From contig JBHGNT010000011.1 of the NCBI GenBank assembly GCA_043228905.1, forward strand, positions 12,214,001 to 12,278,000: a stretch of DNA of 64,000 nucleotides, given 5' to 3'. Origin of the DNA: Azolla caroliniana (Eukaryota; Plantae; Polypodiophyta). Each line of letters starts with the position of its first letter. The first letter of the stretch is position 1. Positions 50,378 through 64,000 of the stretch are shown piece by piece. The translations under genes were made by a program, and so were the position numbers. The notes below the pieces were generated by a model. That model ran no database searches. It worked only from the letters and a program-made list of their open reading frames with translations, and was not told the DNA's origin.

Positions 50378-51579
50378 CTGTCAATTGCATCTCACTATCC
50401 CCATGACATTGGCTCTCGGAGAGTCTCAAAACTTCTTTGAACTGAGTTACACAAGCTATGTGTTGAGGGAGCACCATGCCATCATTACCCAAATATGAAG
50501 ATATGCAATAAAAACCTAGTGGAGGATGATTATAACTTACTTAGGTAATTGTGAGGAAAATTCATGATAAATATGATGACTTGTTAGACTGTCATGATAA
50601 TGCAAGTGCCATAGTCAAATGATCACCAAGAAGAGTGAGCACATATAAGTGTGCATTATTTTCACACAATTTTTACTATAGTGGAGTAACCACCCTTCTT
50701 ATGAGGTAGTCAAAAAACAAATTCATATGTTTATTTGGTCCCATAGGTCAAAATTGATCATCTCATAGACAATAAAGCATTTATTCTATTTTCAAACACG
50801 TTTTACTTTGTTGATCTAAATCCATGAAGCTCTAAATCCATTTTTTTATGTTGAAAGTAGGGTGCATTTACTCAAAATAAACTAAAACTAATAGGCTTAA
50901 TGCAACAAAGACCAAATTTTAACATTGCATAACATATTGTATATTTGGATTATAAATTTAGTGATATGGTAATGTCCTTTAGGTCATAATATTATTATAT
51001 TGAGAGGATTTAAACTACGATGTAGATATAAAGCTAATGTGCTTTAGTACACAATATTTCATACAAAATTCATGTCTATTTCATATGTAGACGGTTTAAA
51101 CTATGATGTGTAAAGGTTATACGCTTTAGCAAGTAATGTTTTGTTGATCACGTAATTCACTCAAATATACATGGATCTTCCTCTTTTACCATCCAAAGAG
51201 TTATTTCCAAAGACCATATCTTACAAAATGCAAAGTTATTGATTTGTCAAATGAGTTACAAGGGCATACTTCAATATGACAATTGATTACTTCCATCTTG
51301 TTATGAATAGGAGTGGCATTTTCGAACCTGGATAATATAAAGCTTTTTGCAAGCTTGAAAATCGTGAGTTTTGTGTGATTCTTATGTATTGGTAACTTCA
51401 TCCTCTGAGTAATAGCTAGGATATAAGGGCCTTTCCATGTGGTTTGACATATTATGGAGTCTAGACTTTTGTTGGACTCTTTCATCTACTTCAAATAATT
51501 AGACATAAGAGTCTTTCCATGTGCCTCGAAATGTTGTCAGACCAAGACCGACATATGGTAATGTATTTGAATTGATTTA

Positions 51580-53520
51580 TCATGGGTTGTTGTGAGTGGA
51601 GCTCTCGTTCTTTTTAACATGTGTCTTCTTTCTTTGCCACTCTTCAAAGGCTGAAAATATGTGTCAAATCATTTCCAACAAACTAGGTTAGCCTCACATT
51701 CATGATGCTCAACATGGAAAGTAATCTTACCTATTTAGGTTATGTTCTTTTAGCCATGTACACTCTCTTTGTATGGTTGAAATAAAGCTACATGAACTTA
51801 TATAACACAAGCATATTGTTGGAAAGGTGTTCTTTTGTATATTTCCAGATTCTTCAAGGTGTCTTTTATAAAGAAATTTCAGTCATTTCTAACAATCCAC
51901 ATGTTGCATGTAGACACTACTATAGTGCTCTTTGTGATGTGATCAAGGTTTCCATGTAAATGTAATTAGTAGATGTGATTTAGCCCAATTTAAGTAATCT
52001 ATTGATGTTTTTTTAAAGCAATATTGATTGAAAGGATGGTCGGATGGCCGTCCATATGGTATGAACGTGGATGTCCGTCTCATGTGGGAGTAGACATCTT
52101 GAAGAGGGAGTTAGTTATCAATAGATGTTAGGAAGGGATTGCTTTCATCACAAATGTTAAGAAAACAAACAAAACATCAGATCACCTTTCTGATTCTTAG
52201 TAGGGCTTGCCCTTTTCAGCTTTTTCAACTTATCCGAGAGCTCTGCGGCATATTTCAATCTTGCCGAAATTTTCTTTGCATTTATCATCTCAGCTCGAAT
52301 CGACTCTTCTTGTATCTCCTTCACCTAGGCAAAGTTTGAACCATCAAACAAAAATCACACAACACTCTCTAAAGTTTGGAAGCCTAAAAAAAGGTGTCCA
52401 CCAAAATTTGAAGAGAAACCCAACCCTTTTGATGAGATCCAGAGGTTCCATGGCTCGCCGTGCTTCATAAGCTTCTCGTAAACGCACTTCGGCTTCGATT
52501 TCGACCCTTGATTTGACACCTGCTGAGTTTTAAGCTCTGAAATGTATATTTATATGCATAGTTATATGTAAAACATGGTTTCAAATTTAATTGTATGTAT
52601 TCCATCCATGTACATATATGTACATATCCGTATATGTAATTATGTATATGCATATGCAAGCAAATCATAACTAAATGATTTCAAGGAAAATTCCATCTAT
52701 AATACACATATATGCATGCATATCATACCTGAACATAATGAAGTCAATACATACACGCATACATTTAATGGTGCAGTCTAAAACGCATACACATGGATGG
52801 ATACACACATACGATTGAATGGTATTTGTATGTACAAGTTATACATGCATGGATACCCTATCATACAATAACTACAACTACGCGCATAGAAGTCCAACAA
52901 TACATCTCCATGCAATCCATATCCATATCCATCATGGATGTATAGCCACAAGTTGACATGCTCATATGTATACATTCATACAATCATATATTCATGGGAT
53001 GAATGCTCCAAGCTGGGGTGTACATACATACATACATACATACATACATACATACATACGTACATACATGTATATGCACACAATCATACACGTGGTTACA
53101 TGTATGCATTCATGGGATGATTGCTCCAAGCTGGGGTGCACATACATACATACATACATACATATGCACACAATCATACATGTGGTTACATGTATGCATT
53201 CATGGGATGACTGCTCCAAGCTGGGGTGCATATACATACACACATACATACATACATGCATACATACATACTGTTTATACATGTATGCATGGCCTAGCAT
53301 GGTATGGGGGGGGTCATAATCTGTCAATACCTTGAGGGCGATTCCATGAGGAAGAGAGCTTGGAGACAGAGATGGAGGAGGAAGAAGTGGAATTGAAGAG
53401 AGTGTAGAGAACGAACACCATAGCCACAAGGTTGCAAGAACAGATCAAGAAAGCAGCCCTCTTGTAGCACCTGGCACCATCGCTCACGTTCAAGCTACAA
53501 CAATTCGTCGCCATCATCAT
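51580..53520 (-). CDS. Uncharacterised plant protein with N-terminal TM segment and helical C-terminus, 4 exons (about 164 aa)
   Basis: Exons 53520-53331, 52519-52425, 52324-52186 and 51650-51580, GT-AG and in phase. Protein: CYKRAAFLICSCNLVAMVFVLYTL...EARRAMEPLDLIKRVKEIQEE...AAELSDKLKKL...AFEEWQRKK. Confidence 0.78.
52972..53275. repeat. Three-unit minisatellite with embedded (TACA)n in intron 1 of the 51580-53520 gene
   Basis: ttcatgggatga.tgctccaagctggggtg occurs three times, each followed by tacatacata tracts. Confidence 0.85.
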
Positions 53521-54780
53521 CGGGACTCTTCTTCCTCTCCTTCTCCTTCTCCCTCTCCTTCTCTTTGTTCTTTTTCTTTTTCTTGTTCTTCTGGGATGTA
53601 ATTTAATAGTACATCATCTAACCATATGGAATGGGGATCATCAACCCATAAGCCCTAATTGAGGAAGAAGAAGAAGAAGAAGAAGAAGAAGAAGAAGAAG
53701 GGGAAGAAGCATGAAAGGTATGTGAAGCGGCCATCGCTCTCTCTCTCTCTCGCTCTCTCTCAAAGGAAACGGTTACATATAGTGATGAAAAAAAAGGGGT
53801 GGGAAGCTTTTCCATCTTTCTTTCTCTGTTTCTTGTCAACATCTAAATTGAATGATTTAGTGAAAGTAGACCCAGTAAAAGCTACCACCATCACCATCAC
53901 CATCACCATGTCCATGTTCATGTCCATCTCCATTTCCATGTCCATATTCCATATCCCATACATGATGGTCTGCTCCATCACGCTTGCCACGATTGACTTG
54001 CTCGATCATCTCGCACCGTTGATCCGCATTTCCGCATTCTTCTTGCGCCTCTTTGCGTGTGTGTTTGTTTTTAATCGTAGTTGTTGGCCTTCCGCTATCG
54101 GAGCCCTTTTTCCGAACACAATTCTCTTAGTAGTATGATTGACAACTTCAATCATATGGTGTGTGTTACGATCTCCGTTTTCATGATTTGTGGAGGTAAT
54201 GGATCGGTGTGCGTTAATCCTCTAGGGCTCGGTGTCACTTTCTGATCCCGATCGTGGATTTGTGAGTTTGCCAAGGTCTTGCACTCCATGATCCTTGGGG
54301 GTGGGTGATTTATAAAAGCAATATTGTTACAAAAGCAAACTAGTTTGGACAATGTTTTTTCATACAAAACTTTTGTTGTGTTGTGAGATCATTTATATTG
54401 ATTGTCAAGATAATATTGACACATAGCCACAATTGAATGGTTAAAGCACTCGACTCATGATTGAAGAATTTTTAGCAAAGTTGGAATCTATACCATGGAT
54501 ATTAAGGAGAAGAAACTTACACTCCCTCATAACGGGCATATATAGTGTAATCGACTCACTTTGTCAACATCGAAAAATTTCAAGCCCATTTGAGTGCACA
54601 AAGATCAAAATTGATATGTCAGAAAACTTTTGGTCTTGCCATTGGATATGTTGTCGAGTGACATAATCTTGTCAATGACAAGTCTCTTCTTGGTTACACA
54701 TTTTTGTACAAAATGATATTGGACACCCATGTTTTTTTATATTGAATGATGGGAGTGTTCTTTGCCAAAGAGATAAAACT

Positions 54781-55690
54781 CTTTCTTTCTTTTCTTTTTT
54801 TTCCATGAAAATATCCTTTCATTAGTTATAAACAATAGTTACAAGAATGTTGACCTACTATCAAGCTTTTGGTATGTTGCACTCTTCCATGGGTCCCCAT
54901 CCCCAAAGGATAGATAGTATCAACACCCCACCACTCAATAACCTAGTTATGTAATTGGTGGTGGGAACAACCATACTGGAGGTGCTAAGCACCACATGGG
55001 TCTTGCACTTTGTGTGTGAGAAAAGGGTTATTCTTCCAATAAGCGATAAGTTTGACACATTGCAACACTGCAACATCTGTCTCACCTTTAATATCATCAT
55101 ACCGCCCTTTCAAGGTATGCACCATCTGCATTGACTTGTGGGTTGATGATCCACTTAGATTCATCATAGCAAGAACCCTTATTTTAGAGAATGTAGCATA
55201 TTGCAAGATCTCCGGTTGTATCATTGATCTACATATAATGTCATCTTCCTCCAGACCATAGTCTTGAAACCGTCTACAAGACAAATATCCCCTTACCCCC
55301 ACCATCACTTGAAGCCTCGTAAATGCCCCTTCCCGCCTGGGAGGATTAAATGACCATATCATAGAGAAAGAGTGCCCTAAAACCGCTTGCACATGGTCCC
55401 ACATAATCTGCCCCCCTCTCAAGGAGGTAAAATATTTTGACCTTTCATATATATGCAAAGTAAGAAAGGATCTCCATGCATCAACTGACGCTCTTGACCC
55501 TACATCGAGCTTGGCCCAATCCAATCTTTTACGGAACCCCAACATGTGCCCTGACGGCAAACGCATATTCGGATTCCACACTAAGTGTTGTCTCAAGTAT
55601 TCCTCCTCACATGTTGGTATACCACATCCCAACCGTTTATGTACATGCTCCCATGTTCTTAGAAGAGCTAACACTCTTACTATCATTATA
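54781..55690 (-). mobile_element. Internally deleted LINE remnant related to the 12-21 kb LINE pieces
   Basis: TWEHVHKRL...LRQHLVWNPNMR..GHMLG...LDWAKLD parallels 12076-12987 and 20119-20412. A T-tract at 54781-54802 is the A-tail on the minus strand. Confidence 0.7.
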
Positions 55691-55849
55691 TAATATCAAA
55701 GCTAAATTTGAATTGATTTATTAAAACAAGCCAACTAGTCAACTAAGCGACTATACTTTCTTAGTTACATCAGATACAATAACATATTGTACTTTAGTTG
55801 TCAAGGTTATCATGCACTCTAAAATTTCGATCTCCACGAGATTGCTTCA

Positions 55850-56513
55850 CCTGCAAATAAGACGAAATAGCAAGAGGTTGATTTCTAATTGGCAAGACAT
55901 CCTGCATAAATTGAATTTGTATAACCAATTAAGATGGTTACATTGATTTAGGGTTTGTTGGGTCGAATCTAATGCATAGGTTTTGTGTGCCAATCAAATA
56001 TCTAAAGGTATGCTACACTGCATTCTAATGTGTTTAGCTAGGATTGTACATAAATCTACGTATTATGCCGACAACATGTGCTAAATTTGGTCGGGTTGCA
56101 AAAATTGCATTAATCGAAGAGCCAACAATCGGTGCATATGGTACTGATCCGGTCAGTAAATCTTTTCGAGAAAACCAAAGATTGGCATGTAGCGACGTCA
56201 TCACAGATTTGGCCAAGTGCGTGTTAAATCTCTCCAAAATTCATCAAACGTAGTTGTCCTATGACCAATACAATCGTCTATTGCTTTTATGTTGTGTAAT
56301 CTTCATCTTGAGAATATGATGCATGTAACATAAGTCCTTTATGGAAAATTTCAACTGCAATTGCCATCGAAGGTTGGCAAGCTCCCCAAAATTTCGGCCA
56401 ACAAGTACCATATCATCCATGTAGACCATGAGATAGATGATTGATCTGTTGGATGTGTATTTCATTGTTATGAAGTTAAGTGCATGCATGTGAAACGTGA
56501 GTGGGTTCACCAC
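55850..56513 (-). mobile_element. Degraded copia RT remnant
   Basis: YLMVYMDDMVLVG...FSIKDL and VPYAPIVGS..A..ATRPNLAHVVGII.RFMYNP. Confidence 0.7.
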
Positions 56514-56899
56514 AGACTTGAACCAAAGAGGATGGGTTGCAGATTCTAAATCTGTTTTGGAGACGTCAAGCTATCCGTCAATACTTGGTTTACTGCCCAT
56601 AGGGTTTGTCTTAATGGTTTTTGAATAATTAACCACACAATAATAGTTACCCTATTAGTAAATACAATGCGTCATGCTCTAAAGGTGTAGGGTTTGAATC
56701 TTGCCTTACACAAATACATCTATGTGGCACGTCAGGCCGATCCACTCATATTATTATTTTATTCCCTGTTTGGACATTGGAGGAAAAGGTTGTAGGAGGA
56801 GAATGTTCAAGGTGGTGAAGGTTCCATGAGGAGACGGTTCCATGAGGACAAGGTTTGAGGTGGACAAGATTTGAGGAGGTGAACGTTGGAAGCAACCAA

Positions 56900-59622
56900 G
56901 GTTAGCAGTGGAAGTCCGGTCAGGTGTTTGCAGGTTCTTTTTGCCTTGTCAAATCATTAAAGACAACGTCCAAACTTCAAACACTTTGTCTTATCTTGTT
57001 GTGCACTCAAACATATGGGGCTCATATCTAAACGTGACAAACGGTGGGTGTAGGTACTTCGTTACCTTCATTGACAATTACTTGTGACATACTTGGATAT
57101 GGTCAATGAAGTCGATAAAAGTAGAGTCTTCTCACTTTCTCAAGTTAAAGAGTGTCATGTGGAAAACAAGATGAATCACAAGATTCAATGCTTACAATTC
57201 AATGGTGGCTGAGAAGCACAATCTATTTGGAAGAGAAGGGGATCCATTGTGAATTCTCTTCTTGGTAGACACCACAACAAAACGGTGTTGTTGAGCTCAA
57301 GAATTGCACGATTCTTGAGATGGCACATGTCATGGTACAAGAGAAGAACATTTCAAAGATATATTGGGCAAGACTACAATCAATGGGTGCATGATCAACA
57401 ATGTCCATGACAGGACCCCGCATGAGAAGTATTTTGTGAGAAAGCCAGACTTTCGCACTTGAAGGTTATTGGCAGCATCACATGTGTGTGTGTACCTAAT
57501 GAAAAGCAGAGAAAGCTTGATCTAAAGTCAAAGAAGATGATCCTCATTGTTTACTCACTTAAGCAAAAGGATTATAATTCTTTTAACCCCACCACTCGAC
57601 ACTCACGAATAAGTTGAGATGTGATATTTAATGAAGTGGCATCATGGTATTGCTCGATATCGGTGACCCCTATCATGCTTGAGACAAGTGGATCTAATGC
57701 AAATTCTAAGAGTGAAGAAGAAGAGAGACCGCTAGTTGTTATGGGTAGAGAACCAACAAAGAGTCTACCCACACTCTAGTCGACCAGACCTTAGGTATCG
57801 TTGAGCAATCAAACTGTTGCACAACATGAAGAAACCTCTGATGTGGTGCCACCTCAACACTACATCCGGAAAAAAAGAAGTGCAAGATGCCCGAGCACAA
57901 GAGCAAGACCTCAAGTGACAAACTCATATCAATCACCCCAAGTGGTCAACATGTGATGTGCCTATAATGAGGATAGCGGGAGTAAAGAAAGCCTTGGAGG
58001 TGGTCAATGAAAAACTTTGTCAATTGAGCCAACAGAAAAACTTGATTGTAAGGTTTGGGTACAACAAGTACATGGCACATCACTATGCATTCATTATAAA
58101 GTTCATAACAGACCAAGAACCATAGTCTTACAAAGAAGATGCCCAAGATCCCTGGTGGATCGAGGAAATAAGGAAGGGGATGTGAGCTTTGGTCGACAAC
58201 GATACTTGGGGTTTAGTCTTTGCTTTCGAAACCGAGAAGAAGCCAATTGGTTTTCATTGAGTGTTTGAGTTCAAGGCTTAATTAGTCACCAAAAGGTATA
58301 CACAAACCCACTACATAGACTATGAGGAAATATTTGCCATGGTGGCAAAAATAACTATTGTGAGAACAATATTTGCATTTGCACTAACAAAAGGATGTCG
58401 TTTGCATCAAATGGACATGAAGAACGCATTCCTCCAAGGCAAGCTCGAAGAGGAAGTTTACCTGATGCAACTGCCCGACTTCGAATCAAGCAAACATCTG
58501 CACATTGTTTGCCGATTCTAGAAGCTACTCTAAAGATTGAAGCAAGCCTTGAGAGCACAACATTCGAGGATTACATTGTATACTCACAACATTGGCCTTC
58601 GAATGTCAAAATTTGCAACTCGTTGTATATCCAGAACAGTCCCAAAAGCCTAGTCTTCGTTATCTTGTATGCACATCAGTGGAGAAAGCCTTGTCGAGAC
58701 ACAGAAGATCAAAAGCTGCTTTCAGAAAAGTTCAAGATGAAAAGTTGGGGGGGGGACGGTATAGGTGCAAAGATGAGAAACCAGATTGAGACCAAGCAAC
58801 ACTTGAGGTAAGTAGAAGAGGAAGAGCAAGACCGAAGTAAACCATGCACATCTAATCCACTTGAAAAGATACGTTCGAAATTTTGAAATCAAAGATAAGC
58901 CCGATTTCGAATCAACACCCTTGAAAAGATAGAGGACAAGGGAGATGGATGGGGTAAGATCGGCATAGACTTGGCACACGGAGCAAAAACCTAGGGAAAA
59001 AACCTGACACCTTGAGATTTTTGTCAACATTTTTTGGATTAATTAGATCGACCTCACTTGATCGAGATTGAGTACATCAGAGCAATGTGAAAACCACGGT
59101 CCAACCGTTTGAGCAACTTTGACTAAAACTTCAACTACACCGAGACAACCAAGCTTAAGAGGACACAATTGGCATTAAGGGGATGTTAAGAATCAACCTC
59201 AACTCGTGTGATCATGTGCTTATGGAGAAAAAGCATGAAGTGTGAAAAAATGTGTGAGCACACTTTATTGTAATATGTGTAAACTATGTAGTTACACAAA
59301 CAATTAGATTGTGATATCTAGTTAGCTGTTAAGTGCAAATGGTTGACGAATATTAGATGTTCTTATGACTTAATTGTACTCGAGTGGATGTCTATGATTA
59401 GACTCCGCCAACCACATTTAATTTGGCAGTCCCTTCAGGACTTGTATATAAAACTAAGTTGGTCCATTGTGTTTAGTTGATGATTTTTAGTTTTCTCTTC
59501 AATGAATTAAGATGCCATCCCCCATGCTATGTATTATTATTTCTAGCTATTTTGTCTGATCTCTTACTCACATGCGCTTTGCTTCACACACCCCAACTCT
59601 ACGAGAGTTAGTATTCTTTACA
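56900..59622 (+). mobile_element. Degraded copia element (integrase, RT, probable PPT and 3' LTR)
   Basis: LVHSNIWG, YFVTFIDNY, TPQQNGVVE.KN, KQRKLDLKSKK, DYEEIFAMVAK..VR..LHQMDMKNAFLQG.LEEEVY. AAGGGGATG lies near 59178. Ends are approximate. Confidence 0.7.
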
Positions 59623-61378
59623 AGAATGAATAGTGGGTTAAAATCCCATTTCACTCAATTAAAACCAACCATGTTTTTAAAGGCTAAATATATTATTGGG
59701 TGTACACAAAAAAACTATTTACCAAAATTTGGATACTTCATTTGATTTCATGACAGAACTAAAAATCATATTTTAGCTCTCCTAGAGACAATTCATGATA
59801 GTTAACAATTGTCCGATGTACAAATTTCGTGACAACTTTATTTAGTTAATCTGAAAGGGTATGTGTTAAATGTAGTCGTGACATGTGTTAAGCTTTATCT
59901 TGGTAGAACATGTAATTGGTGAAAAGTTTCTTTGTTCCGCATCACTTCATGCCATATGAAAAGGAAGTTACTAATACCAAAGCTATGTATCTTAAGTTCT
60001 AGAATAGGGGCATTGAAATTAGGTAGCACACAACCTGTGCCTTCATTCAAACATAGTTTCAAAGTATACATTACAAATTTACATGCATGCCATTCCCTTT
60101 CACTTGAGAATGTAGAATATACCAAAATTGTGGCAAAGACATTTGCATCATTCTTAACTAAAGAAAACATGGCCATGTTTCCATTTTTTAACCAAAATAT
60201 CTCAATGAAGACATTCCAAACATGCTTAACTAATTCCAATCATTCTTACCTAATGACATCGCAATTATTTTTTCATCTTCGACATGTATGCATCAATAAC
60301 TTTGTCAAGCAAAGAAAACAATATACTTCCTATAGGCTATAGTAAGTGATGCCACTTTGCCAAGACTTTACTTTTGGCCATATCACTAAAACAATAGCAT
60401 GATTCAATTTGGATATTAAGCATATGACTTTGTGCTAGGTTATCAATCAATGACATTATCCTCTCTTGACTATATCGTTAAGAAGGAAGCACAAAGTATT
60501 TAAAAGCTGAAATTGTAGCTATGAAACCTAAAAAGCGATGAATCTAGAAATTAATACTTCCTGAAAATTCAATCTAGAAATTATTGCTTGTTGAGAAGTC
60601 AATATGAGCAATTTTTGCTTGCCCTCTATTTTGAGATATTTTGAGACAAAGGGACAACCACATTGGATTAGGACCAAGGCTAACACTAATGACCCTTTTC
60701 ATAAGCAAGATAAAATTTGAACACATAGTATTTAAACACAACATTAGAAGTTCAAGCCTGAGTAATTCCTATTGTTTACATCATCTTAGGTTGATGCTCA
60801 TTGAGAATAAATAAAACCACATTTCTTACATTGACCCAGCCTCCTTTATAACCTAAGAAACTTGCCTATGTAGCCCTACAAAATTTGCAACATTCTTAAA
60901 GCAAAAGAAACACATACCCTTAACAAGCATATCGTATCTAGCAAATAGAAATCTCGTGGACCATGAGACAAAATGGAAGATAAAATTCACAAAATTTGAC
61001 GACACAAGGTCACCAACACTAATGAAACAATATGGTCTTATACAAATAAGAGCACATAGACTCATTCATGATATGAGAAAGAGCATACAAAAGATTTTAT
61101 ATACAAGATCATTTTCCCAAAATTATAGCATTAATGTACCATTAGAAACTATGTACTACAAGTGTTTTGGGTTTATTTGTACTTAGTAGTAGAATTAAAG
61201 TATGAAACACTATTGATGCTCAAGTTATAGAGAATAAATCCATGAAACAATCTAAAGTAGAGCATTAAATTAACGACACTTTCTTAACCCTACCGACAAA
61301 ATTATAATCCATTATAGCAACTAAAGCAACATTATTTTCTAATCCCTAGGTTATTGAGAAGAGATATGTAAGATAATT

Positions 61379-63413
61379 TTACGTTTGATAGATGGTATGG
61401 AGATTGGTGCCACTCTGACTATTGGGTACCACCTTGACTGCCGCTACTGCAGATACCATTGTGTTAATTCCACATTCACCCATTCCTCGACAAAGCTTGT
61501 AGAAGCCTTGGTCACCCCAATGGGGGCCCCATGAGTTCTTAAGAATCCAATAGGGCCGATTGCCCAACCTTAGGGGAGCAAACCCACTCTTTTGGTAGCC
61601 CACCAAAAGAACCCCATGATTGACAAACTTCTTGTTGCAAAAAAGAGGGCATGATACCCCACCAACATACGTTTGCATAAATGCTGCATTCAACCCCACT
61701 AGCAATAACCACAATACATTATCTACTATGAACTGCTTATGTTGAATGAATTTGGGCCAAATTGTTATAGTTCACTTCATGTTTAAATATTTATACTTCA
61801 ATGAAATTTTAAAAGAAAAACCATTTAAATTTTCATGTTACGATCAATTTGAAATTCTTTTATTCTCTCGAAAACTATTGTACTTTGTTTTCTCTAAAGC
61901 TGCAAAAACTCTTAGAATAGTAATAGTATTTGTATTTAGGGTTTTACGAGCATTAACCAATCAATTCTCTTTTGTTTCAAGTAGTTTCAAAAAAATTAAA
62001 ATTGTTTATTCTATAACGATGTTATGAAAATATTTTTCCTAAATGATGAAATTGTACATGGTGATCCAATGTAATATAATTATTATATATTTTTATCTTA
62101 ATTATTATACATTTTTACCTGCCAAGGGTCCATGTTTCACTAGGTTTGCTGCAATCTGGTTCTCATCCAACGAGATGCTAATAAAATTCTCGAGTTTCCC
62201 AGCAACCTTATTCGGATCAAAGATACATTGCCCCATTGACCCTCTGTAAGGGTACTCTTCTGCCGTCATCAATCCACCTGACTCCTTTATATACTCATAG
62301 GCATTTGTCATCAACCCGCCTTTACAACCAGAGTCACATGCTTTCTTTTGTATTTGATCACACTACCCAAAAAAATTTAAGATCATGTTATTGAGTTAGG
62401 CGTACGCCACTAAGATAGTGTCAATTAACAGTCGACAACGGTTTAGTTTAAAACCGTGGCTTAACAGTTTAAACGGTTCGGTTTAAGTTCAGGTTTTTTT
62501 AAACGATTTGGTTTGGTTTCAACAGTTAGACACCACGGAATAAATAAATGTTTTAAAACGATCTTTTCATTTTCAAGCCTTATTCTCACATTTTAGGAAA
62601 ATCTTTAAATTTTGAATTTTGACCTAAGTTGAAAAGCAAAACCGAACCACGAAGCTGCAATTTTAATGGTTTCATGGTTCAGTTTGGTTTAGGCTTCAAA
62701 ATTTTTAAATGGTTCGGTTTTGACACTCTCAAACAAAACCGAAACGCTGCCGATTGTTAGTGTCCATATTATCTTTACGAAACATTATTGGTTCAATCCT
62801 TTTATTACTACCATATAAATGTATACATGTCAATTTAACATTACGTTTATTGACTTCATATGACTATCTAAGCAATCCACAATCAAATGATAATGACGTC
62901 GACAAACCTTCTCTATAACTAGTTTTTCATTCATGTATTCGAACGCAATACATTGAATGATACCTTTAGGCATATAAAAAAGTTTATGACGTTCATTAAT
63001 CATCTCAATCTTTAGGTTAAGGAGTTGGTGAACCTTAATGCAATGTCGGGTTTGAAATTTTACCCTAAATCAAATATAGTACATCAACTCAAAACTAGGT
63101 TCATTTGAATATATTGGTTAATACTTAACCTTAAAAGCATACAATATATATTGCGTTCACCTGAAAACTTAAGACAGAATGTCTACACCTCAAACTGGAA
63201 CACAGACAATTATTTGAATGCAAAAATTACAAAAACCAAAACAACATTTAGCTTGAAAAGCCCTATATATATGCTCATTAAGGCAAGAAATACCTTCTTA
63301 TCACAGTCTATAAGTTGTTGTTGACTTAGGTTAACCAATCTCCTAGTTGAAAGAAACAGTGCCCCTTCCATTACCCCTGTCGTTGTAAATGCCCAACAAG
63401 CCCCACAGAGACC
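61379..63413 (-). CDS. Papain-like cysteine protease (C1A, RD19-like); last three exons only, 5' part beyond the window
   Basis: Exons 63413-63294, 62362-62119 and 61698-61379. Catalytic motifs CGACWAF, NHGVLLVGY and YWILKNSWG. RD19-type DSGCKGGLMTNAYEY, QIAANLVKHGPLAVGLNAAFMQTYVGGVSCP and CGINTMVS. Confidence 0.92.
62426..62759. mobile_element. hAT-type MITE in a protease intron
   Basis: Imperfect TIRs TAACAGTCGACAACGGTTT and (rc) TAACAATCGGCAGCGTTT. 8-bp TSD gtgtcaat (62418-62425) / gtgtccat (62760-62767). Subterminal AAACCG-type repeats. Confidence 0.75.
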
Positions 63414-63758
63414 CTAGGAAGATAATAAGGCAATTGGCACCAAAGACTTTAAGAAGACAACAATGTAAATGCACAAATTTGTATTAAATGTTCATCACAA
63501 ACGAGCATATATGACTATTGCACATCATCTCTATACAAAGTATACACCACAAAAAGGATATCAACATAGCATAAGGGCATAAGAGACAGGATGTTTCTTT
63601 TCCAACATGTGTGCTTGTTTTTCACATGTTATATAATGTGCACATAGCATATACAAAGACAAATGCTTACTAACATACATATGATGATATATGGCTCACA
63701 TGCATGTATGATGTAACATAGATAAAGGATACCCGATATGATTTATTTATAATGTTGA

Positions 63759-63926
63759 TTCCATACATCCCATGCATACAAAACATACATCCCATGTATG
63801 CACACACACTTGATTCTTCACATTGGTCATGGTACTTAGCACCCTCAAACAATGTTGGTTCCATACATCCCATGTATGCACACACACTTGGTTCTTCACA
63901 TTGGTCATGGTGTTTAGCACCCTCCA
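63759..63926. repeat. Tandem duplication (about 79-bp period) in a protease intron
   Basis: catacatcccatgtatgcacacacacttg.ttcttcacattggtcatggt..ttagcaccctc occurs twice, plus a partial copy. Confidence 0.8.
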
Positions 63927-64000
63927 ATAGGTGTGCATACACAACATGCTTACGAGTACGTTAAAGACATGTACATGTTAGAGGAAAATTAGACACAACT

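Noticed and set aside
51200-51950. Apparent KDZ-transposase-like motifs on the minus strand (FHVEHHEC, GLGLT..MERL)
   Set aside because: They need frameshifts and straddle the well-supported last exon (51650-51580) of a host gene, so they are probably chance matches in intron and UTR.
52938-53429. HTYI/MYVC-rich ORFs (also 3769-4144 and 63670-63964)
   Set aside because: Translations of (TACA)n microsatellites and minisatellites.
59895-60342. 114-aa and 136-aa ORFs, possibly a DNA-transposase remnant
   Set aside because: No convincing catalytic motifs, TIRs or splice structure.

Overview
Nuclear DNA of a land plant, probably a fern (inferred from a long intronless PLS-class PPR gene and a plastid insert that appears to keep unedited C-to-U and U-to-C codons). 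I reconstructed seven host genes by eye using GT-AG splice sites: a PLS-E PPR gene (-), an 8-exon CDC50/ALIS flippase subunit (+), a 3-exon DUF1068 gene (+), two tandem 6-exon STR16/HAC1-like rhodaneses (+), a 4-exon uncharacterised membrane-anchored protein (-), and the last three exons of an RD19-like papain protease (-). Intergenic DNA and introns are rich in mobile elements. These include a young full-length Ty1/copia (12982-18315, TSD AGAAG) nested in a LINE, other LINE, copia and gypsy remnants, a scrambled chromovirus and MITEs. The most notable items are an 828-bp organellar mosaic (psaB, atpB, psbA, trnI and unassigned DNA) bracketed by a perfect 32-bp direct repeat, a duplicated array of four heat-shock elements upstream of the DUF1068 gene, the diverged rhodanese pair, and a CCGG-rich copia inactivated only by three C-to-T stops. 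I found no clearly new multi-gene system. Family assignments come from recalled motifs, not database searches.
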